This document shows, piece after piece, positions 40,512 to 53,471 of a stretch of 64,000 bases of DNA. The DNA comes from Dendrobates tinctorius (lineage: Eukaryota), in the NCBI RefSeq assembly GCF_039654945.1, contig NW_027361754.1, forward strand, positions 29,822,001-29,886,000, given 5' to 3'. The stretch's first letter is position 1; each line of letters begins with the position of its first letter. The notes below the pieces were generated by a model. It did not search any database. It was given only the letters and a program-made list of their open reading frames with translations, and was not told the DNA's origin. The position numbers were made by a program, and so were the translations under genes.

Positions 40512-41954
40512 CTCTACACAATATGATGCTCTCTTATACAGTCTAATGCCCCCTCACTGTATATACTGTATACCGACCCCTTAGTATCCCTCAAACTGAT
40601 AGCTCCAATACTAATCTCTATCCTGTATGATGACCCCCCTAGATAGCCTCCATTTAGTATAATGCACCAGACAATCCTCAATATAGTATAAGGCACTCCC
40701 CATAGGCCCCTAACACAGTATAAGGCGCTCCCTATAGGCCTCCATATAGTATAGTGCACCCCCATAGGCAGCCTGTATGCTATAGTGCAGCCCCATAGGC
40801 AGCCTGTATAATATAGTGCACCCCATAAAAAAAAAAAATCAAATACTCACCTCTCTTCCTCCTGGCTCCTCCGCTGCTCTGAGTGCCCACACATCTCCTG
40901 ACAGCGGGCGGCTTTATCGCACCCGCTGTCAGTGTCTGATTCAGACGCTGAGAGTGGGATGATGGGAGAGGGAGCGTAACGCTTCTTCTCTCATCAGTGT
41001 GATGATGGGCGGGGGCCCACTGCTGGCACCGGGCCCCCCCGGCCTGCTCAGAGGCCCCATAGCAGCCAGGCGGCAGTGCAGGGAGATCGATTCTCCCTGC
41101 TCTGCTGCTGGGAACGGCAATACAGTTACAGTAGCGTAGCTCCGGGTGGGCCCCCTCAGAGCGCGTGGCCTGGGCCTCTGACCCCTCGATAGCTACGCTA
41201 CTGACTAGCAGAGTCAGCTGTGATATCGCCTATTGTGGTTGGTGGATCCCTGTGTTATCAGCTTTGTATAAAAGTGTTACCTGTCATTGTACTCCTGTCT
41301 GTGATAATGAACCTGCTGAAAACGCTTTCTGAAAGGAGTGGAGGTGTCAGTCTAAAGTATCCTGAGTGTCCACTGTGCAAAGTACAAGATTACTTATTTT
41401 ATTTTTAATAAAAATCGTGCTATGAAAAAAAAAAACATTTAAAAAAAATTCAAAAATACATGTAGCACAAAAATATTTGATTTTAAGCAATAAATAATTT
41501 TCTGATGACACATTCCCTTAATCCACACGGTATAGCAGATGTCAAATTCTTGTCTGGAGCCCTGTTTTTAATAACCTGAGACACACAATTACGGTTATAG
41601 CCAATTTTTAAGTTGTTTAGCAGCTTTTAATAGGTCACTAAAACACTTTCTATCCACCTCTATTTCATATAGACACTTTAATATACATATAAAAAAAAAC
41701 AGGATAACAAATTCTGCATATGTACACACATTTCACTTGACGCATAGATATAAAACAATATTATACAGTATATTCAGTCTATAGCATGTAAGGTAACAAT
41801 GTTATATGGAAAGTCATCCGGAATACACAGAAGAAAGCAATGCATTATTGTTACATACAAGGAAAAATACTGGAACTCTGAAGATCAATAGTGGTCATCA
41901 ATCTAACACTGTGATTACCTTATAAAGGACAACGTCAGAAAACCTACAGTATAA

Positions 41955-42555
41955 GGCCGGGGTCACACTGGCGAGGAATACGGGAGAGTGAGAGGCGCAA
42001 AAAGCCCGCATTAGACACGGACCAATGATTCTCTATGGGGTCCCTCGCACCAGCCGTATATTTCTCATCCGTATTCAACGCTCCGTGCCAATCGCAGCAT
42101 GCTGCGATTGTCAGTGTACTACGCCCATAATACGCCAATGCAAGTCTATGGGTGCGCAAAAAATACAGATTACACACGGACCACACGTGTGACCTGCGAG
42201 AAATACGCACCCGGTGTCTTTTAGCAAAGCCGGCAATTCAGTGCGCTTTACAGTAAACTCACACTGACAGGTTTAATAAAGACACATTGCATATATATGT
42301 ATTCTATGTGTCTATATCCTTTCATTTCTTTATTAAAACTGTCATAGGGCTCCATTATATGTCCATTTTGCAAGCCTGCGAGAAAATCTCACCATACGGA
42401 TTGCATACGGATTACAGGCGGATGCTGACATGCGCAAAATACGCGACCACACCTTGATTACGGATGACATACGGAGCACTGTTTAGGGGTCTGTCATCCG
42501 TATTACGCATGGAAAATACTGACAGTATTTTGCGCAGGTTAGTGTGACTCCAGCC
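41955..42555. mobile_element. PIF/Harbinger-type MITE
   Basis: TAA|GGCCGGGGTCACACT ... AGTGTGACTCCAGCC|TAA. Confidence 0.7.
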
Positions 42556-44699
42556 TAAGTCTTTCCAATGTGGATAGGACAACTGTAGAAACTAGTTATC
42601 AGACGGCAGGCATTTACTCATAGGGTGCGGTCAGACTTGTGAGAAACTCTTACTAGTCTCGTGTCTCAATATCCGGTATTGCCACCGGCACTCAGACTGG
42701 AGCGCTCAGCTGCATAGAAATACATGCATCCGCACACTCCGGTCCGAGTGCCGGGTATTAAGACTCGTGTGAGTTTCTCGCAAATGTGACCTCGGCCTTA
42801 GGGTGCGACCAGACAGACGCATAAATAGGAACACACTGCATGGACTGGCCAGCGGCTATTCCCACCTGAGCAGTACAGCATCATATATTTTTAAGCAGCT
42901 GTGACGCTCAGGAGAGCTTCAAGCCAGTCCATGCAACGCACTCCGATTTATACGGCCGTCTGACTTCATCCTTACTCGTGTTATTTTGCCTTTTTGTCTA
43001 AGGTCCAGTTGGCACATCTGTGTTTTCAATCAATCTACGATACACAGACTGAGAGCGGGTCTTGTGAGCTGAACTCAATGGCCTCATTGTGAATCACAGT
43101 CCGAAACACGGATCTGTGAATCCTTTCTGATTTTACCCAGTATTACCCAATTTGACTTCAAAAGCAAAACCGCGTAATCTCAAATTACAAAATGCATTTT
43201 TTTTTCCTTTTTCACAGCCATGAATCTCTGTATTGGATTTTTTTGGAGCGAACTGTCAGTTGTAACCTGGAGTTGATGGGATGAGCATCCAAAGTTATCA
43301 GAAACGTTTTTATTTTTCTTGTTTCCTGCTTCATCCTGACGGTGTGGGTCACTAGAAGGTAAATTAGCCATGACCACATGTGGAAGCCCCAGATTGACAC
43401 CTTTGTACATTTATTAGTTTTCTTCCTAAACGCAAAATTTAAAATTTTCTATATAGCCATAAAGGTGTTGTCCATTGCTTATATATTAATGACCTATCCT
43501 TGGAATAGGCCATCAATATGGCTATATTATACATAGCCATAAAGTAAAAACACTTTAGACGGCAAAGCTGCCACAAAAGACGACAGGATGGGTGGCAAAA
43601 AAAGTCGGTTCAGGAAAAAACACCGCCGGCGTTTTCCTGAAACATCTTTTGTTTTAAAAACTCAATGGGTTTGACGGCATCTAAAAGAAGTCATGTGCAC
43701 ATACATAAAAAAATTAGAAAAAAGGTGCAAATTAAATAGACAATAAGGTGCAAATAAAAAAGGAATTGCACCTTTTTTTCTGGAGTCAAAATGGTTCTAA
43801 GACATGATGGATTGAGACCCAACTGTTTCAACTATACTATATATATATATATATTATTTTTTTTTTTTAACGGTATAAAATGTTGCACATATACACTTAC
43901 TAATTTACTATATTACGTCTCACAAAACAAACATCAATTTATAGTGGCCGTTTTGTACAGCAAAATCCCTGTAACAGTTGTCAGTGTGAATAAAGGCAGT
44001 GTGATCGGTTATCAGCACAAAGCTGTAAACTCTATCAAGAGCTTGAATCAAGAAAGGTGGAAGAATGAAAGCAAATGAGGGCAGGTAATAGATTACCGTA
44101 GTTATCTTTCTTGGGATATATTTATATTAAATAATACACAATTGGACATTATAAAAATCTGAAGCTCCTCATGGGCGTGTTCTTTTAAGATAAATTTGGT
44201 TGAGTACATGCCATGCATAAAGACTATAGTTCTTCAAAGCAGTTTGCCAGTTTTTTGGTGTCAAAATGCTTGGAATTTTGCAACATTTTTGCATAACTCA
44301 TAATTTAGTCCCAGTCTGAGCTCTCGACTTTTTGAAAAGTAGGTGTGGCTTAGCCGATAGGGAGCGCAGCCGATAACTTTACTATAATTTTATGCCAAAA
44401 ACATGGAGAAAATGATGGCAGAAATATACTCAAGTTGCTAACTGGCACGGCAACTGAAAGTTGCCCCAAAATCATTAAAGAGGATCATGCCTTTTAATGA
44501 ATTTGGCATAGTCTTCATTAAGACTGGAGTACAAAACATCAGTCTTGATGAACCGGAGTGTCAAGCGAAAAGGTTCAGTGCCAAGACGAGTCCTTAAATG
44601 CGGCAGATTTATTAAACTTGCACCATTTTTATGTGTATGGATTTCGTCATCAGATTGCATAGAAAAATAAACGTGATTTAACAGAATGCGCCGCCATTA

Positions 44700-45185
44700 A
44701 ATCTGGCACAGTCTTCCCCAGTTTGTAAACTCATTCATCCCTCTATATTTCCTGCAGTGTGGCGCACTGTCGGCACAAGCATAACTCCTGCCGATGTATT
44801 AAGTGTTTGACATTTATATTCAGATGCCCCATGCTGGTAAGCTACGCTCACATTTACACCGCCATATTTGAAGTCTGTGATTCTGGACATATTTTGGGGG
44901 AGTCAAAAACACCCCTGGAGAGAAGAGAACAGGTCCTCCGAGAATTTTTTTCCTTTTTCTTTTACTTGGAAGAGTTTCCAGTTTTTTTGGAAGACTATAT
45001 GGAGTAGAATTCGGGTCTACCAACGTCCATGACGTTAAGAACGCAGAGTCCATAAGATGCAGCAGGGCGTTAGAAGATGCCTCCATTCTCCAACTGGTAA
45101 CAAGTCCATCATCAGCCCGTGATGGGTCTGACTTCACCGATGTCATAGGCTGAAGGGCAGGAGGTTCTAAATTTTCTCAAATGAC
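44700..45185 (-). other. mpzl2: Probable non-coding last exon (3'UTR) of MPZL2; distal end undetermined
   Basis: Strong acceptor ttttctcaccatccttctgtcttacgcag| at 45186/45185, pairing with the donor at 46261. The left coordinate is arbitrary. Confidence 0.45.
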
Positions 45186-46283
45186 CTGCGTAAGACAGAA
45201 GGATGGTGAGAAAACAGAATAGAACTTGTGCAAATTTGGTCTCCTAGTCGAGATTTCATGGCATCTGCTGCTTGGACAAAGCAGGCGATCAGCTGCAGAT
45301 TATTTAGTGATGGGGGTCTGACAACTGCAGAGCAGGGCACTTTTAGACCTGTTAGAATTGAGTGTCAGTGCGCATGCGCGACTGTCGCTCCATTCATTCC
45401 TTACAGGACTGCTGAGCGTCGTGCTTGGCTTTTTGTGGCAGCCCCATGAAAAATTAATGGAGCAGCAGTCCGACATATCACTCTATTCTAATGAGGGTAA
45501 CTTCACCGTCAATGATAAAAATTCCTTGTTTTGCTGATCGACGGTGTGAGTAAAGGAGATGTCCAATGAAAACAAGTTAAGTTTCAATCTTACATCTTCA
45601 TTTTCAGCCCCACTAATGTGCGGTTTGATCCTCACAGTAATATATGCTGGATGCACAGTTTCATTCCTTTACTGCTTCCCACTTTTCATACAAGGATCTC
45701 CTCTACCCTTTTGCTGTGCGAGAAACCCTCTCCGTGTTTGGATTGTGCCATGGGTTCCCATGCATATGTAGCAGAAATACCCATAGAGCTCTGGTGCAGT
45801 CATTCTGTAGTTCAGCGCTTGGGATGTGCACTACAGGCTCCAGCATGTCATGCATATTAGGTTAAAGATTGTTTCTTTAATTTCATAGAAAGTCCATTGT
45901 TTTCAAAGTAACTTGCATAGTACACCCCCTGGACCATGCTGTTGACCCCTCCCTGGGCCTTGCCGCTCACCCCCCAACCTTGCTGTTGACCGCCCCGACC
46001 TTGCCGTTAACCCTTCTCCCCCACCCCTGGACTTTGCGGACCTTACTGTAAACCCCCTTGGCCTTGCTGTAAACTCTCTGATCCTACATACGCAGCAGTG
46101 GCAGCTGATGTCAGATCAGAGAAACCCACATTGTATTAGCCAAAAGTTGGTTTATTTTACAATTTACTTTTGTGTTAATTTGGGGTTTTGGGTCAGAATT
46201 TATAAGTGTTATATTTCAGTTACATGTACTTCATTATTTCTGTGGTTTCCAGCCACTGACCTTATGGATGGCTTCTCTGGGAA

Positions 46284-46332
46284 TCACGCATTTACAGATG
46301 AATCGTGCAATTTGTCATTTAACTTCTCACTA
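46284..46332 (-). CDS. mpzl2: MPZL2 exon 5 (coding part, stop codon)
   Basis: ttttcttccatag|T AGT GAG AAG...GCG TGA; (C)SEKLNDKLHDSSVNA*. Total CDS 55+179+211+142+49 = 636 nt, 211 aa. The exon probably continues to the donor AAG|gtcagt at 46261. Confidence 0.75.
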
Positions 46333-47493
46333 CTATGGAAGAAAAGGAATTGATATATTAGTAACATATTTCATTCCTATCCCAGAATATTAACTTAAGA
46401 TATGCAAATAAGCTCTCCTCTAGTAGAAAGAAAATTGCCTCTCTAGTGCCCCCTATTGGAGATAGTTAACCTACAGTGAGTCATGCAGCATGACTTAGCA
46501 TCTCATTACCAGAGCTCTCTCCCTCCTAATAGAAGAGACAATAATAAAAGCAGTAGATTTGAGATTTGTTATGTAAAAAGAAACCATTGTTTTTATTTTT
46601 TTCTATAAATCAATATTATATGTGAAAATAATAAACTTTGTAATTTATCAGAGAAATCTGCTTTTTTCTCCTCCTGAACTGATCGGTCAGTCTCAAAGTT
46701 CTCAATTCATGTGTTCAATGCATCTTTCGTGATGACAGATTTTCTCATTACAGAGATGACAGTTGGTGCTCATAAGGTTCTGTGGAGAAATGCAGCAGGA
46801 TGTCTGTGTCTGCCACTAGCTCCTCCCTCCCCCTTCCCACTCCATAGAATCTTGTGGGCAACAACTGTTATCTCCTATATCAGTAATGGGAAAATCTGTC
46901 TTCACTGAATACAGATTTTATCTCTGAATTGAGAATGAATGATCAGTCCAGGAGGAGAAAAAAGTAGATGTAACTGATAAGATAAATTACAAAGTTTCTT
47001 ATTTTCATGTGTACTGTCGCTTTAAGTTTTTTTCATAAATCAACGGTTACTCTTTAAAGGGGTTGTTCACAGCTAACACCTTAGGATAAGCCATCCACAA
47101 TAAGTTGGTGGTGGTCCGCCATCCATCACTCCAACTGATCAGCCATTACGAGGTAATGCGGTGGCCGGAAGTAAACTGTGTAAGGAGCCAGAGCTCAATA
47201 TACTGTATAGTGGCCATTCTCAGGTACTGCAGCTCTGCTTTCAATTAAAGTGAATGGGATCTGAGCTGCGTTACTGGAGGACGGCCATTACAGTGTTCAG
47301 AGCTGTATTCTCCTGCTCTGTGCTTTGTCTGCATCTGCAGAACCTAGCATCTCCTGATCAGTCGGGGTGTCATGGGGCTGGACCCCCACAGGTCAAAGAC
47401 TGATGAGGGTAGACCATCAATATCAAGGTCCAACCACTTCAATCTTATGCTCTCTTTGTATCCATTTGTAGCTCTACCATCAGCGAAGCTTAC

Positions 47494-47635
47494 CATTCCA
47501 TCACGGATACAGCAGTGCTGCGAGTCCTCTGCTTACGGTAATAGCGAAAAGATACCACGGCTATTACCATTAGTATTATTACCACACTGCCAATCCCAAT
47601 GATCAGCGCCAGCAACATGATCTCTGAGAACTTCA
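47494..47635 (-). CDS. mpzl2: MPZL2 exon 4 (transmembrane)
   Basis: tcttcacag|TG AAG TTC...GAA TG|gtaagc. (V)KFSEIMLLALIIGIGSVVIILMVIAVVSFRYYRKQRTRSTAVSVME resembles MPZL2 VRFSEIHFLALAIG...YRK. Confidence 0.9.
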
Positions 47636-49297
47636 CTGTGAAGACATGGAGGGCAATGGCAGGTTACTGAGAGTTCAAAGAATGACACACAAAGACAGTA
47701 TTATTACACAGGAGCGAAATAATCTGAAGGAACTGGACTGATATACTGTGTCCCTTTGTGAAATCTATATGCGGGACGGTTTCCTGGACTTTTAAGGTGA
47801 CCTGTCCCACTCCTGCCATGTCCAGTGTAATAAATATATTAAATAAAAAAGATTCTGAAGCATCTTAGAACTTCGCATTGTTCCATTGCTCTACTTTTCT
47901 TTATGGAAATGTGTCAATAAATTGACAAGTGGTCCCAGATCCCCTAACACTGGCCAATCAGCAGACTGCGGAGGGACTCCATATTCACAAAGAGAACAAT
48001 CAAGCCCAGGTGCCAATATTTAGGCAAATGGATCAATTCGACACAAAGTTTTAAGAAGTGATTCATCAAAATTGGTTTTCATTGAAATACTAGTATCTAC
48101 CACGATAGATAGGTCAGGGGTGAAATCTGGTCCTATAGTAATCAGTAACCGTATCCAAAACATGGAAAAGTCTGATAAAAATCAGTCATCAGCATTAGGT
48201 TAGGATAACACTACCATGTATTCTCTCATCCGAGAGAATCGGCCCATTATGCAAATGACACTGATCAGAATTTGATCAGAGTGTAATCCGATTCTCTTGG
48301 ACGAGAAGATGGAGAAAAAAAATGTCTCCATATTCTCCATTCTGTGAGTGCGCGGAAGTCCGACTGCACTTTGATGTCATCCAAGTGCAGCCCAGTGTTT
48401 TTCACTGACTTGCACTGCAGAGTGCGATCCAAATGTCGGATCATACTCAGACACTGTGCCCAAGGAAAATATTGGACATGTGCATGGCCACATAGATTAA
48501 CATTGGTCTGAGTTCGATCCAATGTTTTGTCCTATCACATGCGGACCGAAAATAAGGCAATGTGCATGAGTCCTTACTTGTATTTACCCATGGTGTCTGT
48601 GGGGAAAAAAAATAGCAAAACTGCTTTTCCCTTTTGAAGCAGTTAATAAAATTTAATCGAGAAATTATATTATACCCGAAAACTTCCATTAAAACATACA
48701 ATTGCCCCCTAAAAAAATCAAGCCCTTATACAGCTATTTCGACGAAAAGTTCTGGCTCTTGAAATGGGACTTAAAAAATAAAATCCTAAATTTTGCTTGG
48801 TCCTAAAAGGGGTATTCCAGTACTGAGCAACATATTCTTAGGACAGGCCATCAGTATCGCATCAGTGGGGCCCCTGACACCCAGCAGCCCACCCCCCACT
48901 TATAAGTTGATACCTGGTTCAGTGCCTGCTGGATATACATAGTGTACGGAGACGGAACGCTCTGTAGTGTCCGTTCTCGGCTGCTAAAGCTCAGATCACA
49001 TTCTCTTCAATGAGAGCAGAGTTGCAGTACCCAACACTACCACTAGTGTGCTGTGCATGGTGTGCTCTAGTGGCCGTGGCACCAGATATCAGTTAAACGA
49101 GTCAATCCCTTTAAGAGATTATTTCCATCTCAGCCAATCATGGCTGGCCACTGGGGGTAGGGAAATAATTTCCGTAGCAGCATAGCTCAGCCCACTTGGC
49201 TATTTCCAGGGCCCAGCATAGACAGATTGAGAATAACCCTTTGATATCTAAAGCATTTGTGGTAAAATCACAAGTAGATGTGTTAATGACTACTTGC

Positions 49298-49508
49298 CTT
49301 GGGTGACAACGCTCACCGTAATCTCTCCCATCTCTCCATGAGCATCTGGTGGATTCTTGACTTGGCACAGGTAGGTGCCATTATCTGTTTGCTGAATGTT
49401 CATGATAATTATAGATCCGTCACCGCGTCCAGCGTTCCCGTCCCACACTGCGCGATTTAGGAAGCGGCCTTTTTTAGGAGGATAAGTATCCCTGTAGTAG
49501 TAGAAAAC
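49298..49508 (-). CDS. mpzl2: MPZL2 exon 3 (predicted GC donor)
   Basis: ccgttag|GTT TTC TAC...CAA G|gcaagt; 211 nt, same length as MPZL3 exon 3. VFYYYRDTYPPKKGRFLNRAVWDGNAGRGDGSIIIMNIQQTDNGTYLCQVKNPPDAHGEMGEITVSVVTQ. This reading frame is absent from the ORF track. Confidence 0.88.
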
Positions 49509-50894
49509 CTAACGGAGCCAGAAAGAATTGAAGAAAAATTAATCTATCGTGTAGAATCCTGCGATGCACCCTGAACTCTCCCCTGAAGGCAGATGTTAGA
49601 GTAGAAGAGGATTGGGCACTTGGTTTTCAACATGCACAATGCTTTCCTTCTTAGAAAAGCAGCCGGTAAATTAATCCGACAGCAGCTTGCTCCACTACAT
49701 GCACGGTATCGGGGAATGGGGCTGACACCTGTCTGTATGGCCAACTTTAAACCCATCTGAGGGGCTCATGCAAAGCCTTGTTAATGGGGTCAGAGGGGGT
49801 CCCAGTGATGATAGGTAAGAACTTCCTAAATTAGGACAACCCATTTTTAAAGGGAACCTGTCACCAGGTCAAATGTTTTTCCTTATTTTATTCCCACTAT
49901 TCCCCTGAATATTCCACTTTTTTATTTTATTATGGTTCCAGTGATATGGGCAATTTTATATATGGCTAATTTTTACTGTCTTTTCCAAAGGGGGCGTGGC
50001 TCACTGGCTCCTCAGGGGCGTGTCTTAATGCTGCTCATTATTTTCTATGAATAGTACCCCCTTGGTAAAGACTATAAAAATTAGCATTTTGGGCACTGTA
50101 AATAAAAAAGAACCATATGGTGCACTTTAAAATTGAAAGCAGAATGTCCAGAGGATCAACCGGAATAAAAGGGAAAGCAAAACTGACCACTTTGGACCTA
50201 ATGACGGGTCCTCTTTAAGCTGATTTGTCACCAGATTTCACAAAACAAACTGTTTAATGTTAAATGGACCTATAAAGGCTGATTTACTTACTATGAAAAT
50301 CCCCACCATATTAACCTTTTTAAAGTTTCATGGCCTAAAAATGACCAGTTCTATTTGGACTTATAAAATCCTTATTTCAATATCGGGATCATACAGCCAT
50401 TCTGACAAATTTCCAAAGTAAGTACGCCTGCCTCATCAGGTATAGAAGATCTATATTAAATTGCATTCAGTTTGTATTAAGAAAACAAAATCAGTCCAGC
50501 CAATCTCTATGAGATTTGTATACAGCAATGGTGCCTGCCACCAAAATATCTCTACTTGTAGGACCCGTTGTACAGGAATGTTTACAAATCCTATCCTTTG
50601 TATTAGAAACTCACAGAACAGTAACAATACAAAGAAGTTCAACTTTCACCGTGTTTGATTTTCCACTGTGGAGTATAGGGAGATAACTAAGTAGAGAAAA
50701 GATTGTCTCGGCTCAACAAAACCAGACGAAGTCTTCTGTAAGCAAGTATTAGTATACGTCACTCTGTAAGAGAATTGGTGCTTGACTAAAGCTCCAATCC
50801 GTAAGTATAATTATACAAAAAAAAAAAAACGGCACTCAGGGCATGCAGTGAAGTGTAGAAATTATTTATGCAATCCAAAATCATTCAGAACAAT

Positions 50895-50930
50895 TAACGT
50901 TTTGGCCCTCAGTTCGGACCTTCATCAGAA
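50895..50930 (-). ncRNA. Degenerate minimal hammerhead-ribozyme-like motif (Penelope-type)
   Basis: Minus strand CTGATGA-A-GGTCC-gaactga-GGGCC-AAAAC-GTT. The expected GAAAC appears as AAAAC, a CpG-type transition. A second, inverted copy lies at 51051-51075. Confidence 0.5.
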
Positions 50931-52607
50931 TGGTGGGGATTGAGAGCGGTGATGTGGACGCAGCTCCATGCCACCAGCGACAGCAGTCACATGAACCACA
51001 GCACTGTGTCCATAGCCACACCATAACACCCCACAGCAATCCGTATCATTCTGAGGAAGGTTTCAAGGCCAAAATTGAATGCTGAACTTTTTCATAGAAT
51101 CATGTCTTCCGTAAGGGCATGAGAAAGTTAGAGGGTTTCTGTAGTGTATATACCTCGGAGATCTATAACTTATTTGCTACGTATAGAATGGAAAAAAACT
51201 TAAACCATATCTTATTTTTAACAATAAGCTGCCATGTGTATGTACTTGAGAAATAACACATTTCTGGTCATTATATGACTTGTATCCTGCACTTTTCAGC
51301 AATTTTCCCCTCTGCAGGCGCTACCTCTAATTTTCAGTGGGTGTAGACCTGCTACTATGATGTCTCTCGCACACAGGCAAGAGGGATTCCTGCTCTCCTG
51401 TCTCTATGTGGCACATGTTCAGGAGCAACAGCATGGAGGACATTACACAGCAGTACTAAGCAGTGCAGCTGTGAATCCAGCTCTGCACTGAGATAAAACA
51501 CTTTCTGTAAAGCAGCTGTAGAATATGAGTATCTCTGACTCGCTATCTCTGCAGCCACAACTTCCTCTTCCCCTATACACTGAATTTCTGGGAAAGGTGT
51601 TATCTGGGCCATTAGTGAAATGGCAGTCCATTGTGAAGGATGATCTCAGGGAGGTGAGCGGGATGACGAATGGCTCATGAGTAGAGGAAGAAGCAGATAT
51701 CTCTGCAAAGTATTTTTCTTATTATTGATTTATGCAAAGTTTATTGAAATGACAGCGATCATTTAAAATCCATGATAATAGATAGATGTAGCGTGTGTTA
51801 TCACCTTTTCTTTCCTCTCCGATTGAGCGCAAGAGGCTTCATTGTGCAACTACAACGATATCGCAGGCTGGAGCTACTGTCTCTGCACAGGGTAACTTGA
51901 TCGGACACATTTCTTTCTGAACAGACAGTAGTCTCCTTTACTACAGAGTTCTCTTTGTCTATTTCCGAGCCTTGCCATGCTAGATGCGCGTACACAGGCT
52001 AGCCGTATCACTGTTTGCAGTTTACAGACTTCGTATTGTTCCAAGTACCGTGATACAGACAAGTAACGTTACGATCAGTATTATGTGCAGACTGCGAGCC
52101 CTTCTGGTCATACAAGTCATAATGGGGGGACTACATGCAAAAATTGTGCACAAAGTAAGGCTGGGGTCACACTGCGCTAATGCAGTCCGTTAACGCTGCC
52201 ATTCACTTCCATTAGGAGCGCATGCCATAAATCTGCATGCGCTAGCGATGTGCCGTCATTCTGTGACGGACCCTCTGACGCGGGCTGCAGCGTCCTGGGG
52301 TCTGTCACTGCTAGCGCAGGTGAAGCTAGCGGGCTCACATAACGCAATTGTACGCGAGTAGTGTTAATGCAGTCTGTCAAGGCTATACGTTGAACGCACT
52401 GCATTAACTCTATGTGAACCTGGCCTAAGTCTGTTTACACTAAATGATCACCAGTCAGTACATTTTTACTGATTGTCGATCATTTAAAAGCCTGTTTACA
52501 CATGCAGATTGCACGAAACGACTCATTCAGAATGGGTTGCCATTGTTCTTGGCAGCACGAATCTGCTTTACACAGAACGATGTGCTGCTGAGAACAATGG
52601 TGTTTAA

Positions 52608-53471
52608 AGGGAATCTGTCACCTCATTTTTGGCCTATGAGGTGCGGCCACCACCATCAGGGGCTTATCTACAGCATTCTGTAATGTAACCGATGTAACCT
52701 GATCGATAAGAAAATCAAGTTAGATTATACCGGGGTCCGGTCCGATGGGTGTCGCGGTCCGGCGCCTCGCATCTTCTAGCGATGACGTCCTCTTCCTTCT
52801 ACTTCCCGCTGCCTGCGCACTGCAGTACAGTAAGGCTAGTTTCACACTAGCGCTTTTGAGCGCAGCGACGGCCTGCGCACGGCCGCCGCTAAGCCCCGCC
52901 CCCTGCCGCGCCTCCGCCGGTAGCTCCGCCTACCAGCGCACGACGCTGCATGCGTCCCCTATCTTTATCACTGGGGGCGCAGGCCGTGCGCAGTATGCGT
53001 TTGGCGGCGCATGCGCCTTTTTGACGGTGCGCCGAGCGCAACCAAACTGCAGCAGGTTGCGTTTGGCGCAGGTCGGCGCACCGTCAAAAGGACGCATGCG
53101 CCGCCAAACGCATACTGCGCACGGCCTGCGCCCCCAGTGATAAAGATAGGGGACGCAGGACGCATGCAGCGTCATGCGCCGGTAGGCGGAGCTACCGGCG
53201 GAGGCGTGGCAGGGGGCGGGGCTTAGCGGCGCTCAAAACACCTGTGCAGAAGCTGCGGCAGAAGGAGGACGTCATGACTAGAAGATGGGAGGCACCGGAC
53301 CGGACCGCGACACCCATGGGACCGGACCCCGGGGTAAGTATAATCTAACTTGATTTTCTTATCTTTCAGGTTACATCAGGGGCTTATGTACAGCATTACA
53401 GAACGCTGTGGATAATCCCCTGATGGCGATGGCCGTTCCTCATAGGCCAAAAATGAGGTGACAGATTCCCT
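52608..53471. mobile_element. Kolobok/T2-type palindromic MITE with nested GC-rich palindromic MITE (about 52834-53238)
   Basis: TTAA|AGGGAATCTGTCACCTCATTTTTGGCCTATGAGG ... CCTCATAGGCCAAAAATGAGGTGACAGATTCCCT|TTAA. Confidence 0.85.

Larger units (their letters stand above)
38892..41203. mobile_element. Non-autonomous hAT element
   Basis: CACAGGCGTAGCTA / TAGCTACGCTACTG termini; TSD GCTAGCAG vs ACTAGCAG (7/8 match). Confidence 0.7.
38651..41518. mobile_element. Kolobok/T2-type MITE hosting nested insertions
   Basis: TTAA|AGGGAATGTGTAATCAG ... CTGATGACACATTCCCT|TAA. Confidence 0.65.
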
